Shown here in pieces: positions 36,422 through 50,399 of a stretch of DNA of 64,000 bases. The notes beneath the pieces are model-generated. The model saw nothing but the letters and a program-made list of their open reading frames with translations. It was not told where the DNA came from and did not search any database. Position numbers and translations under genes: made by a program. This stretch comes from Octopus bimaculoides. Taxonomy: Eukaryota. The stretch's first letter is position 1. Each line of letters begins with the position of its first letter. The stretch spans positions 23,587,872-23,651,871 of the forward strand of contig NC_068995.1 in NCBI RefSeq assembly GCF_001194135.2, in the 5' to 3' direction.

Positions 36422-38349
36422 AATAGAGAAAGAAAGAGAGAATAAAAATGTATATTAGCATCACGTACGCGAATGCACACAAATATGATTGTATACATGC
36501 ATACGCGCACATTCAAGTATGTATGTGTATAAGCATGAGCGCACATTCTCATATGTAACATAGACGCACTCACACGAATATATGTATGTATGTATGTTTA
36601 AATATAAACATACACTCTTACCCACGCATATGCAAAGACGCACCCACACGAACCATGTATGTATGCGCACAAGTATGAACATAGACTCTATACATGAACA
36701 TAGACGCACACATACGAATAGATATGCATTGTTACAATACAGGCATCCGCATAAAAAACTTTTAGGTCTTAACGTATATATGCAGACAACTTTTTAAAGA
36801 AATTGCTGAGTGTATAATAGCAAAAATTGGGCAAAATACATTCATAATAGAATCCCATATATCGTACCATCCATCCATAAAAAAGGGAAAATTTGTTTAC
36901 AAAATATTCTAAAATAAATAGAATAAAAACAAGAAAACTATGCATATAACAGTCGAAGGCTTTCTCAAAAACACGTAAGGATCTCTACAATATTCTTGCA
37001 ATGCGAACTAAATCATGTATAATGAGGTACAAATCCAATAGTGAGATTGCAAACTGGTTTCAAGGAGTCAAAAATTGTCAAAAATATACTAAACATATAT
37101 ATATATTATTATTACATATATATATATATATATGAAAGAAAGAAAGAAAGAAAGAAATAAAGAAAGGACGTGATTCATATTTTCGGTTAAAATATACAGT
37201 TTGTGGAAACTTTCGACTCCATTACTTCTATGTTTATGGCATAGGATAAAAATCCTCAAATAGTCACCGAATTTGATGTCAAACATATTTCAGGTAACAG
37301 GATAAAAAGATAATATTCTCTATCCTAGCATATCTGATAAACGAAAGACAAAGTACCACAGATATAGTTGTACTAATCTACATTTCAAAATTATTTTCAG
37401 GAGCCGTTTTGAGAACTCTCGAGTTTGAGGTTCCTCATATAATTTTTTTAAATGTATTCATTTCGCAATTTTACTAAAACACGATTAATTACATACTGGA
37501 CATTGTCTCCCAAATCTTAATGTTTTATAATGTCCATTATTTAACTGATTCTGATAATGAAAACATAGTAAACACATGGTGTGTGGATACGTAGATATTG
37601 TTAAACGTTTCTTCAGTATCAAAAGAGAGGGAAGCAGAAGAAAAAAGCGATAACTGAGCTGTATTTTTTCGAATTTTCTGCATGAAGAAACTGCGAATAA
37701 TATAGGTAACGCCATACATTATCTATCTTTTATCCCCAGTTATATTAATACTTTCACATACTTTATTTTCAGTATGATTGTTTTAAAACAATTATTTGTA
37801 ATTTTTATTTTTTTATAAATATATAGAAAATAGATCATTTGCTCTAACTTAGATATATAAATTAATAATATGCATCTAAATGAACAAAGATCTTTGAATT
37901 CATACTATTTTTAGAACAAGGTTTTCGCCAATTTTCACTTAAAACAGAAACTAATTTGATGAACTTAATTACTAGAAGAGCATTCACATATATTATTAAA
38001 ATAGATATTCAGACAAAGTCAAATAGGCTGCGAGTATATCAATATGTATCAATACAAATAACAGTAGAATAGTAATGAATTGACTCTAAGTGCATAAAAC
38101 TTGAAAACATATTTACTCACAAAACATTAAATTTTGAGATATATGTTCGAGTTTTTGCTTAGATTTTAAATATATCTCTGCGACATTTAGGAAGACTTTC
38201 ACCTGAATCTAGGGACACAAGATTCACGGGGTATGTGTGAACACAACTGTGGTGTGCCGCTCGCAATATACGCCAAATTTTAGCCGTCTTATCTTTTTTT
38301 ACACATATAAAGAATATTAACACAGAAGATATTAATCCAACAAGGTGTA

Positions 38350-39190
38350 TTGTGCTTGGTTTTCATGCTCGGGATCGGGAAATTCCAGAGGCGTCTGAGA
38401 TTATTTTGCCAACCATGATCATTATCAAGAAATATTCTCGGTGAACAAACGTCCCTAGAACATCGTACTTGTGCAACTAGAGCGCCAGCAACAACAATCC
38501 TATCATTTAGATGGGGTACATTGCCGACCAACTGACTTTGATAGTGTCAAGAACCGTGTAGCACTATTCCAAGTAAGGAATTCCAATGTGGGGAGAAGAG
38601 AGTGTTTCATATCCAACTATAGCAGCACATGAAAATCAAGTTCAAGTGCTATCAGACAACCATCATTCTCCGATTAGAAAAATTAGCTCTCGGTAATTTA
38701 AAGAAGAATACTTGATAGCTCTGCACGAGCCCCACACAGATACCCACAATGATTCACACCAAGTTCTCGCCATTTCTATTGATTCAAAAGATCGTCAAAG
38801 AGAGCCATGTCTTAATGCCTCTCTTTCACTCTGTCTCTCACTCTTTCTCTCCCCCCTCTCTCTCTCCTCAAGTTCTGTGGTTCAGTAACACTAACTATAT
38901 TAAGGTACTGAATAGGTTGTTGAATCACTATTTCTTTCCTTTCACATGATCCTCACAGCAAAGAGGACTCACAAGGTGTATCACGGCCACGATACGGTTC
39001 AAAAGATAGCGTCCTAGCAGCTGATTTTAACTCATGGAATACTACGTCTGGGAATGTGGTCGTGAGGAAGCCCAGCTGACAACACCACAGTACCAGTTGT
39101 TCGTGTAAGACTGCGATCACTAACATAATAGCAAACATTATGATAGCACGAACGAAAACCACCTGAATCTATAGTCTCATCGAAACCATC
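38350..39190 (+). mobile_element. Possible highly decayed BEL/Pao LTR-retrotransposon integrase C-terminal region
   Basis: FKEEYLIALHEPH (38697-38735) resembles W..EYL..L.ERH. Later KDSVLAADFN..W and CKTA..R...IYSLIE resemble GD.VL..D..W / VKT..R...LYPL. The order is right but identity is low. Confidence 0.35.
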
Positions 39191-39475
39191 ATTAAAGATG
39201 AATTACCTTTATTGATGAAACCGTCCCTTCAAGTAATTTAGATGAACAAGAGTGCTATTTTTCTGAGAAATAGATTGCTTTTCCTTTTATTCAATATTTT
39301 TGTTTTCTCGAGCATTTTAGTTTGTAAACTTTGTATACATTAAAAAACTTGAATCTGAGAAAACGTTTAAAGAGATGCTTCAGCACATAGTTGTAAAAAT
39401 ACTTCAAAGAGGAGACTGTTTTTTGTGCCATGATGAGTACTCTTTGCAGGAAATGTATGCCATTGGATGGAGTAT

Positions 39476-39790
39476 TGTTGTTGTTGGTACTCCATCGCTT
39501 ACGACGTCGAGGGTTCCAGTTGATCTGATCAACGGAACAGCCTGCTCGTGAAATTAACGTGCAAGTGGCTGAGCACTCCACAGACACGTGTACCCTTAAC
39601 GTAGTTCTCGGGGATATTCGGCGTGACAGAGTGTGACAAGGCTGACCCTTTTAATTACAGACACAACAGAAACAGGAAGTAAGAGTGAGAGAAAGTTGTG
39701 GTGGAAGAGTACAGCAGGGTTCGCCACCTCCCCCTGCCGGAGCCTCGTGGAGCTTTAGGTGTTTTCGCTCAATAAACACACACAAAGCCC
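39476..39790 (-). mobile_element. SINE family C, lacking the tRNA head, with a (CAA)n tail and a probable TSD
   Basis: Near-identical to about 63253-63563. GGATGGAGTAT (39465-39475) versus GGATAGAGTAT (39791-39801). Confidence 0.9.
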
Positions 39791-41374
39791 GGATAGAGTA
39801 TATACAAGTTATATTAAACACTATTGTTCAATAACTGTTTCAAGATTTCATACTAACTAATGCTTACAGCTGATTGATTGAATGAATAATGCGTTAAATG
39901 TATGATTGGTTGATGCACTTACAGAATCCTTTATTGCTGAACACATTGACGGTTCAAATATTGCTTGATTAATGCAGACTGATTGATTGACTAATTAACT
40001 GATTGATGCATTAACTGACTTAGAGATTGACGTGACGTATTTAGTAAATGATTGACTTCGATGATGTAGGAAAAAATACATTTATTGTTTAATTCATTAA
40101 ACGGACTGGTTCATTCAAGTATCGATTGAGTGAGTAATTGAGCAAGGGATTTTGAAAAGAAAGTGGGTAGTCGACTATGCAAGTATTTTTATTTGGTGAC
40201 AATAAAATATGAATTTAATTTATGAAGCATTGAAATAATGTGGCATGAACAGCGTTCTATAAGGCATGCCATTTCGAACACGTTTAATTATTTTTCTGTT
40301 ATATATATTGCATAATTATGTTTGTCTTCACTTAAGTGCACGATTTTCAAATTTTTATCATGATGTATTGTTATAGAATTCTATACTTTTTTTACTATGT
40401 ATTACATGTCTATCTGTCAAATTACGTGTACAAGTTCTTATTTGTATAATTACTTTACACTTGACTATAACCAGTTAAACTTACAATATTTCGATACTGA
40501 AACGTAATTTCAAGCATAGGAAGATTTCTATCTTAGTTCACAGTTAATTGCATCGATATTAGTAAAAACAATTCCTCTCTGTACCAGATACAAACATAAA
40601 ATTCTAGATAAAATGTCGGATGCATTTTAAATATCATCGACACATATACAGGTATTTCAAATACAGTAAAATATTAATTCCTTATTTATTGAAATTATTT
40701 ACGCTTCTGTCTCGTAAGTCATTTTCAGTTTGACAATTGTCCTACTATATTTCTAGTCACCAACAATTTTTTTCGTTTAAATTGTGCATAAATGTGCTCT
40801 ACATGTTTTGTATATTCCTTAGTGCCTTGACTAATGGAGATAAGTTAGGATAATTGTCATGATAGCTATCGTCCTCTCATCTTCAGACGATAAGCCAGTT
40901 CTTTCCTTTAATAGCTAATCAACTTTGGAGTATTCGTGATTCCTGAGAATATCTTACCCTTTTTATATGGCGCTCTCCTTAGTTATCCTTTGACACAGTT
41001 TTTGGAGGTGGAGTCAATTTATATAAATCAAGAATTTATGTTGTTTCTTATTTGGTATGCCTACATTTGTCTATGGTGTTCATACACGTGCCACTGGCGA
41101 ATGTTATTTATCTGTCGTAACTCATTTTTATTTGAATTATCTTTTAAATGAGGCAGGAGAGAGGTATGTAAATCAACATCTCCCATTCAGCAATTTATTT
41201 AAGGTAATTGTTGAATTTTCATGAAATCTTATCTACTATAGATTTACTTTCCAAAACCAGTTCAGAGTTGTAGACTTTACAGACATCAAGTAACTTATTA
41301 ACACAAATCCCTCCGGACAAAACGTAATGCATCTAAAATTAATATATGATTAGAAACAGTCAATATGTGCATGC

Positions 41375-41410
<36 letters not shown>

Positions 41411-42436
41411 ATACGTATATATATATANNNNNNNNNNNNNNNNNNNNNNNNNNNNNNNNNNNNNNNNNNNNNNNNNNNNNNNNNNNNNNNNNNNNNNNNN
41501 NNNNNNNNNNNNNNNNNNNNNNNNNNNNNNNNNNNNNNNNNNNNNNNNNNNNNNNNNNNNNNNNNNNNNNNNNNNNNNNNNNNNNNNNNNNNNNNNNNNN
41601 ATGCATGTGTGTATGTGTGTGTGTATAAATATATACATTGTAGTATAAATAGTAAATGAATATACTAATATTTCAGTCAATTTTGATCGCAAGTAATTAA
41701 GTTTCTTATTTTTCTAATATAACACCCACTAAATAACTTATGGACCAGCACAGAGAACAATTTATTCCATTTTTTTTAATTCCTAGAAAAAAAAAACGAA
41801 AACAAATTTATTTTCAGAGTGTGTGATAAAGAATGGGGGAAAAACGTAACAAAGTAATATCTTTCTCTAAAATTGGTAATTAAAGCAATTATTCAATATA
41901 AGTATATTTAGGTTATGTGATACAGGAAAGTAAAAATATCCAAGGAAAATTCCTCCGGATTCTCATCCTTCTGACTATTATTAGACTTTTACACAATGAA
42001 ATATGGTACATTCTATTTCAGTGCTACCTTGATGCGAGGACTTTTGTAGATCGCTTCAAAATTCTAACTTTAATCCTACAGGATATCGATGGCAAGCCGA
42101 TTTCAATTTTAAGGGCATTAAATGCCATAGGCAGTGTGGGATAAACTGTTATCAAAGTCAACGTCGCTGAGAGTAAAATGGCTGATAGATGTGGCCAGTA
42201 TTCCGATTAATACTACTCTAATTATATTTCAAAGAGACAAGTAGCTTATTTCGATGAAATTTTGTTCAGTGGGTAGAAATGTGTACACAAACGTGTACCT
42301 GTAATAGCACTATTTCTAGTGCTCTCTCTCTATATATAAATGCATATATGTACACATGCATATATCTGCATATATACAAATATATATATATGCATATACA
42401 TATGCATATATATACATATATCTATCTATCTATCTA

Positions 42437-42478
<42 letters not shown>

Positions 42479-42480
<2 letters not shown>

Positions 42481-42935
42481 CATGCTGCGATGGGTAAGTT
42501 CTCGCCATCTTATATTTTTAATTTCGCGCAAGCGCATTGTCTGTTTTTGAGTTTGTCGACGACACATTAAAATAGGCTTAGTTGAGCACTGTCTGTGAGA
42601 AAAATAGCACTATGACGCAATTCACTCTGGCACAAATTTGGAAATGACATGCTGCACTGCTTGGCATTCGCACCGCTAGCTCCAATACGAACATTTCAAG
42701 TTTTTTGAGTGTCAATCTAAGGACAGTCCAATCTGAGGACATGTGCCGAAAGTGATAAAAATCAAACATTCAGTGAATATCATGGTGTTTGGAGTGATCA
42801 CTAGTGATGGCGACGTTATGAATCCATTCATCTTTCCAATTGGCTTCAGACTCAACACGGAGGCCAAGATCAAGTGCCTGGAGAAAGTAGTGCTGCCCTA
42901 GGTCGAGAGGGTGGCTGCTAGAAGACTCTCCAACC
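42479..42935 (+). mobile_element. Internally deleted Tc1/mariner (maT/DD37D-like) transposase relic
   Basis: ATG at 42612 gives MTQFTLAQIWK*HAALLGIR. A second block reads VPKVIKIKHSVNIMVFGVITSDGDVMNPFIFPIGFRLNTE..KCLEKVVLP*VERVAARR. A TIR-like start follows (TA)n. Confidence 0.75.
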
Positions 42936-43943
42936 TAACGTTTTTTTGCTTAATAAATATATGGACATGTATACATGTATGCGTGCATGTGTATGGATGT
43001 ATATGTGTGTGTGTGTGTGAGTGTGTGTCATTATACATATGTATGTACGTATGTGTATGTGTGTATATGTACGCATGTGTATGTGGGTATGCATATATCT
43101 ATGGGCGTTTGTGTGTGTGCATATATATATGCATATATATATATGCATATATGCGTACGGTTTTAAATACATAAGTATGCAGGCCTAAATAATAGTGCAT
43201 ATACACATGTATATGTATGTGTGTACGCGCGTGCATAATTCAGTATACCCTTCTTTCTTTCTCTGATTCCTCCGCCCCCACTATTTTTAGAAACTTGACC
43301 ATCATATCTTACTATTCTTCCCTTCTTTTTTGAGGTTTACTACTCATTTCAGTAACCTACCCCAGTACCATTTTCTTGGTGTCTTCCAAACATATCACCC
43401 CACCTCCCACTCCTCACACATATTCATTTCTTACATTCTTATCTCTTCCTATCCCTCCTCTACTCGTCTCCCATCCCCCTCATAATATCTTGACCACCAA
43501 ATAACACTCCTTTTTTCATGTTTTTCATTTTTCTCTTCCGCTTCCCTTATTTCTTCTTTCCTCACCATTCCTTTTGACCATTCATTTTAACATGCACATC
43601 TTTTCTCTCTACTTAATACTGCCACTACATTCTCAAAATTGCATTCATATCTCAAGACTACTTTGAATGAACAGCACATGGAATCTACGTCTCCATACTT
43701 TCCTTTTGTAATAACAAAATATGAATTCTAGTCGGAATTTACATACCATGGTCAAGAATCATTTCTACCACTCCTACACATCACTTTCTTTGGATAATCG
43801 AGCTACAAGTATAACATCCGACATATATTTTTATTTTTGCTTTTGTTCTCTTATTTCCTTTTATACTTCTTATTGCCATCCTTTTCCAAAATAACTTCGT
43901 ATGTTGAAGTCTACGTTTTCCCTTTATTGAACCATCTCATATC

Positions 43944-43990
43944 GTCTCTGTTGAAGGGATATCCCTATATCGCGGAAACAGCTGTAAGAC
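43944..43990 (+). ncRNA. Minimal type-I hammerhead motif with variant core CUGUUGA
   Basis: GTCT-CTGTTGA-A-GGGATAT-ccct-ATATCGC-G-GAA-ACAGCTGT-A-AGAC: 4-bp stem I, 8-nt palindromic stem III, GUA site. Confidence 0.65.
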
Positions 43991-44570
43991 TAACTTTCTC
44001 TTTATATACGTCCTGAAAATTCCACAAAACCTTGGCTTTATTGTCCCATTTCACTTAACATATACAGGCTCAAACAAGACCGCATTAGACTCCTCACTCG
44101 TATTATTATCGAACAGAGAGCTTAACTACGGTCATTAGTTTGAAAACACTAACAATTGCGAGTAATCTTTCAAATTTTAGAATGTCCGTAAACTTCAAGT
44201 ATACCGAGAATATATATAAGCTATTGACACAAAATATGCTAAACTTTTACCAAATCGTTTTTTGAAGGTACAAAAGTAACCCAATTTTCATAACACTACA
44301 AATCTAAACAGAAACTGTTATGCATTTTATGTATACGCAGACTTTACATCACCTTAATATATCAATGAGTCATGTAAATAAATAACGACAAGGTCGAGTG
44401 ACTTTCCCAGATAACAGTGTTTACGAAATATCGTACCAGAGCTAATAATGAGTAATTCATTAATCTTCACCGGTTTTATACATATTTTTATGTAATATTT
44501 TTGTGGGTACATTGCAGTCTCATGTGTATGAAATAGAAAAGACAGAGATGAGATAGACAGTTACACAGAC

Positions 44571-44573
<3 letters not shown>

Positions 44574-44657
<84 letters not shown>
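44574..44657. repeat. (TA)n(AG)n compound microsatellite
   Basis: Read directly from the sequence. Confidence 0.95.
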
Positions 44658-44659
<2 letters not shown>

Positions 44660-45481
44660 CATTGATTGATTGATTTATTGATTAAGTTTGGATAAGAAGT
44701 TTGAAAATATATTTCTAAAAGGATGTAAACAGCAAATTCACATCACCCGATATTTATAAGTGCAATCCATTACTGCATAATTCCAATCACAGCTGATCAG
44801 CATACTGATATTGCAAGGATTCAATAGATTCTAAAGATAGGAAAGAGGCGATAATGATAAAATTATGGTAAATAGAATAATGATAAATAAAACAGTGACA
44901 TATAGTGCTTAGACTTTTGCATTTAAAGTCTGCTTTCTGCTAAACAAAGAATTCTAATTACCATGTAATTAATATCCATTATATGGCATGAATCCGCAGC
45001 TTAAACCGTCTTTGTAAATTATTGTTAATATCAGAATATCAATATAATATATAAATTATGGAACAGAAATAAATCTATAACGTGTCATTGGCTCTCGTAT
45101 AAAAGTAACCATGTCTGAGAAATATTTGCATAATGAAGGAATGGTTATTTACATAAAGGTTTCGTAACTGCGGCTGAATACTACAGTAATTGTCTGGAGG
45201 ATATGTTCATCCTTTGATTCTTTGTGAATCAAAATCAAATTATCCGATGTTCTGTACTTCGTTCAAGTTGACATTGCATCGCTTTCAGTAAGGGATAACT
45301 AAGTATATTGTATAACAATACTCACACTCCCTAATTACTAAATGACTAGCTCTATAAAGATTTTCACTCGAGTCCTAAAGACATTAATATAGCTATGTAT
45401 TTATTCTCTTATTGTAAAATAGATCCATGCAAACACATATAAGCACATATTCACATACACACACGTATATATTGATTATAA

Positions 45482-45690
45482 GTTTTGACACAAGGCTAGC
45501 AATTTCGGAGGAGGGTGGGAAGTCACTTATATTGATCTTAATGCTCAAATAGTACTTATTCTATCGAGCTCCAAAGGGCAAAAGGCAAAGTCGACCTCAG
45601 CAGAATTTGAACTCAGAGCGTATAAATGGACGAAATACCACTAAGCACACTCTGCCAGTTGTGCTAACGATTCTGTCTGTTCGCCACCTT
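45482..45690 (-). mobile_element. SINE family B, tail type 2, diverged
   Basis: Family B head and body with the tail CCCTCCTCCGAAATTGCTAGCCTTGTGTCAAAA. Confidence 0.8.
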
Positions 45691-45817
45691 CGCAAACACA
45701 CACATATATTGCTATATATTGATTTTTTTACATCTCCCTACGAACTACATGTCAACTTCAACATTCTACCTCACAGTAATATATATATATGTGTGTGCCT
45801 GAATGTGAGTGTGCGTA

Positions 45818-45849
<32 letters not shown>

Positions 45850-48176
45850 TGTGTATGGTAGATAGAAGATTGCATGTATGTAAGAATGTAAATGAAGAAG
45901 ACTGTCATATATTTGGCGTCTATGGACTACATTTATGATATCTGCCACCCACCAATTTCAAATTTTTATGTTAACTATCTACGTATCTCTCTTCTACTTT
46001 GTTTCACTCTTGGTCTCCGCCTTTCTGTCTCTCTGTCTGTTTATCTCTGCCTGTCTCTCTTTCTCTCACTCCTTGTGTCTCACTCTCACTCACCCTCTCT
46101 CTTTCTCTTTGATGTAAGACATGACTGGATTATTCGACCAACTACCTGACCAACAAGTATACAGATTATTATTATATAGAGATATTTTGAAAACTGAATG
46201 CCAAGAGTCGTATTATGTTTACAACTAGGTAATATAGCTTTCATGTCTAAATTCAGTTAAATGTGGCAGTAATCTTTTAAAACGGTTTGAAATATAATCT
46301 TAAATTGCCATAAAATTGTATTTTAAAGAGATAATATTTTTATATGGTCATTTTCGATCCTGTAAAATTTTTGTGATAAAATTACAACTGACATCAAAGC
46401 AATATTAGTATTTTTACTTCTTAATAAAACAAACATGATGGACTAAATTTTATGATAATTCACATCCTTATTCATCCAGATAACTTTACATACTACGATG
46501 AGAGGTTCTGTACGAAACGTAAAACAGCACCTATTTCTTGCATCAATTTTATTCTAGTTTGTGCTCTCTTGGAATTTACTCTTTACCGACGTTGGTTATA
46601 TCACGTTTTCTAGTAATTTGCACTATTGCAAAAATATATAAGCCGACTATATAATCTATATTTCAAGTAAAATGATACGGTGAAATCTCATATCCATTAC
46701 ACAAAAAATGAAGTGCCTCAATGCTGCTCAGAAGTTAATTCATTTTAACTTTAATTTGTCTCCGGTCGAGCATACTTACTATCAAAAAGTACCATGAGGA
46801 TCATTTTGCCTTACCAGTATGCGCAGAGTCAGAATCACATGATCAAACTTATTTGCATGAGATTATACATGGATGTTTTAGGCGCTCTTTGCAGATAGAT
46901 CGATTGCGTAGAAAATTCCTCGTTTGTACACACCACAGAAGTCACAACTATATATATGTGTCTTTGTATGTGTATGTATGTGTGTGGGGGGGAATATGTG
47001 TGTAAGTATGTACACATATGTATATATACATATATATACATATGTTAAATGAGAAAAGGGATGAAGAATCCAGGCGAAAAACTTGATAAGCTCCCTGAAT
47101 AAAGATAAGTCAGGCTAACAAGACAAACTTGTGACAGATGTAGAAATCCAAGAAATCTGTAACTTAACAAATCGTCACCAGTTGAATTTGTAAACCCGAA
47201 GTTTGGTCACCAGTATGAATGAGTACCTGTATTATTATCTGAGAAGTAATTTCTTCTATATTTTATTCAATCGATCCATTATGAGATCAATTGGTAAATG
47301 TAATTATTCTTCGAGATTCTACATCGTTATCGGGAAGCGCGTAAATGCTGCCTGGAATAAAATGTATCCTTTAGATGTATATATACATTCGATTAGAGGC
47401 TGTGTTAGCCCCATGAAGGGATGGTTTCATCCAAGGAAATACTGGTTTAATACCTAGTATTTTGGGAGAATTCATTTCCTTAAAATAATAGGTATATGTA
47501 TAAGAAGAAAATGGAAATTGGGAAGTTAATAATTGTTTATTGTTACTGCTGTTAATATATATATTATTTTATAATAAAGGGTAAAAATCATAAATGATTT
47601 TAGCAGGGGTCTGAGCGGAAATAAAAACATTATGGGTAAATTTTACAACTATTTTAATAATTATATAGATAAGCATAAGAAGGAATTAGCTTCTCCACGC
47701 TAAGCGTCTTTTGGCGTCTATTTTTCTAGCGCGTGGAAAAGCTTATAGCCAATCCCTTATTATAATTGTGTATATAATTATTAATATATATATATATATA
47801 TATATATANNNNNNNNNNNNNNNNNNNNNNNNNNNNNNNNNNNNNNNNNNNNNNNNNNNNNNNNNNNNNNNNNNNNNNNNNNNNNNNNNNNNNNNNNNNN
47901 NNNNNNNNNNNNNNNNNNNNNNNNNNNNNNNNNNNNNNNNNNNNNNNNNNNNNNNNNNNNNNNNNNNNNNNNNNNNNNNNNNNNNNNNNNNNNNNNNNNN
48001 NNNNNNNNNNNNNNNNNNNNNNNNNNNNNNNNNNNNNNNNNNNNNNNNNNNNNNNNNNNNNNNNNNNNNNNNNNNNNNNNNNNNNNNNNNNNNNNNNNNN
48101 NNNNNNNNNNNNNNNNNNNNNNNNNNNNNNNNNNNNNNNNNNNNNNNATATATATATATGTATATATATATATATG

Positions 48177-48215
<39 letters not shown>

Positions 48216-48219
<4 letters not shown>

Positions 48220-48411
48220 TTGTGTGTCTGTGTTTGTCCCCCCAACGTCACTTGACAACCGATGCCGGTGTGTTTACGTCCCCGTAAATTAGCAGTTCGG
48301 TAAAAGAGACCGATAGAATAAGTACTAGGCTTACAAAGAATAAGTCCTGGGTCGATTTGCTCGGCGGTGCTCCAGCATGGCCACAGTCAAACAAGTAAAA
48401 GAATAAAAGAG
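48216..48411 (+). mobile_element. SINE family A 3' half
   Basis: TTTGTCCCCCAAC..GACAACCGATG..GATAGAATAAGTACTAGGC..GGCGGTGCTCCAGCATGG..TAAAAGAATAAAAGAG. Confidence 0.88.
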
Positions 48412-48463
48412 TATATATATATATATATATAGATAGATAGATAGATAGATATATATTATCAAT

Positions 48464-48691
48464 TATTCTTTCAGTCATTAGTCTGCGGTAATGTTGTGGC
48501 ACCGCCTTGAAGAATTTTATATCCGAATGAATTGACCCCAGGACGTTTTTTAGAAATATTTCTGGTACTTATTTCATCGGTTTCTTTTGCCGAACACACC
48601 ATCACCGGTCGTCAAATGATGGTGGGAGGAGTGTAACACAGACACAAAGACACACATACGCGCGCGCACATACACGCACACGCATACATAA

Positions 48692-48758
<67 letters not shown>

Positions 48759-48858
48759 TAGACGGGATCCTTTCAGTTTCAGTGTACCAAATCCTCTCAG
48801 AAACCTTGGGTCGGCCCAACGCACTTGCCCAAGTTGTCACGCAGTGTCACTAAACCCG
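48464..48858 (-). mobile_element. SINE family A, diverged, with an internal (CA)n, tail-to-tail with the previous copy
   Basis: The reverse strand shows CTTGGGCAAG, GGGCCGACCCAAGG, GAAAGGATCCCGTC, a microsatellite and the tail block. Confidence 0.75.
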
Positions 48859-49191
48859 AATCCCGGAGGATGAAAGGCCAAGTCAACCTCGGTGGAATTT
48901 GAACTCAGGATGTAAAGCATCTTGCCCGCGTAAGAGCTATTCTGTCACACAGACGCGTTTACTTTTTGCATAATATTGCTTATAAATTATGCTGCAAGTC
49001 CAGCAATTTAGAGGGAGATGTAAGTCGATGACAACGACCAAAGTACTCAACTGATACTTATTCTATCAGCCCTGAAATCGGGAAAGGCAAAGTAGAGCTC
49101 GACAGAATTTGAACTGAGCACATAAAGACCGACAAAATACCATTAGGCATTATACCCAGTGTGCTAACTATTCTGCCAGCTCGCTGCCCTT
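48859..49191 (-). mobile_element. Two adjacent SINE family B copies (partial at about 48859-48950; near full length, tail type 2, at about 48985-49191)
   Basis: Both show GAAAGGC.AAGT..A..TCG...GAATTTGAACT; the second ends TTCTGCCAGCTCGCTGCC. Confidence 0.75.
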
Positions 49192-49591
49192 TGTTATTGC
49201 ATATTATTAGGAAAAGAAACACAATGTATTCTCCAGCCAATGTATTGGGACTTCATAACTTTGGGTATGTCTACGGATCACAAATATGAATGAATACACA
49301 GATATGCATAACTGATTTTGTGTTGTCATTGAGCGCTGGACGTGTTACCAGTTAAATTATTCCTTTAATTATAAAAATGAAGCACTTAAGAAACAATAGC
49401 AACATAAGTATTACTTTATTACTTTTCTAGTGTAACTGGTAATGAAAGAATAAACAGTGAAAGAAATGAATCAAAGTATATCAGTAGAGGAAACAAATTC
49501 ACTTCTGGTGAATGAGGATCTTCAAGAGTAAGACAAATTTTATGATTCTTTCAATTTGTGAGATTTTTCTGATAAAAGATATCCTCTAACA

Positions 49592-49844
49592 CAAGTGTTC
49601 TCATCCATTTATTATCTATGGTCCCCTCTTGATGACTATTTTATTTTGGTAGACATCCCAGAGCCATTCAGTGTTTTTAAAAGAACCTAGCTGCTTCTTG
49701 CAAAACACACCAACACATGCATCTAAAACAAAATTTTTTCAGGGATCCTTTTGGGATCCCCAATCTACTGTTTTGCTGTGCGAACACTCAAAAATCTAAT
49801 ATGGATCCTCAGGAGCAAATATGGATCCTAGTAGAGAATCACTG
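49592..49844. mobile_element. hAT (Charlie-like) MITE, 253 bp, with a perfect 8-bp TSD
   Basis: CTCTAACA at 49584-49591 and 49845-49852; termini CAAGTGTTCTC and GAGAATCACTG. Confidence 0.8.
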
Positions 49845-50399
49845 CTCTAACATTTCTTCATGAAACTTTGAGGAATTGTCGTAATATTTCCTGCATTCTA
49901 AATATTCGAGTAACATTGTTTTGAACTAATATCTGTGATAAAAACAAGATAACTGAAAAACTTTTTCCACGAGTTAATCAAATATATACAGTCTGATTAT
50001 TAAACTTGAAATACTATCACACACTAAATTAGAAAAAAAAATCGCATCACAAATAATTCTGAAAATTTATGCAAAAATTATTCAGAAGATTCTACTAATC
50101 GTTTTCTCCTTCCACATTTCCTAATATATGTGAGTTTATGTGTGTGTCAGAGTGTGTGTGTACGTGTGTGCGTGTGTGCATGTGTGTGTGTGTATGTTAT
50201 TTTTTTTTAGTTTAATTTAAGTTATTTTTGAGCGAGTTCGAGTTGGTCGCTGATAAAGCGACAAGTCTATTTGAGTTAAGACATTTCCCGGTGTTTGTAA
50301 CTATGTGGATGAGTTGGTGTGTTGATTAAACTGTCGATGCATACACTCAAGTGTGTGCATCTATTCACGTAAGATGCCATGGTGTATGTGTGTGTATGT

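Noticed and set aside
38975-39165. Minus-strand reading GFRSCYHNVCYYVSDRSLT as a C-type-lectin-like exon
   Set aside because: The frame stops before a good donor, and the plus-strand BEL/Pao reading explains the region at least as well.
43240-43900. CT-rich tract as an RTE/CR1 3' relic on the minus strand
   Set aside because: There is only a faint resemblance (RNEYV.G) in low-complexity sequence, too decayed to call.
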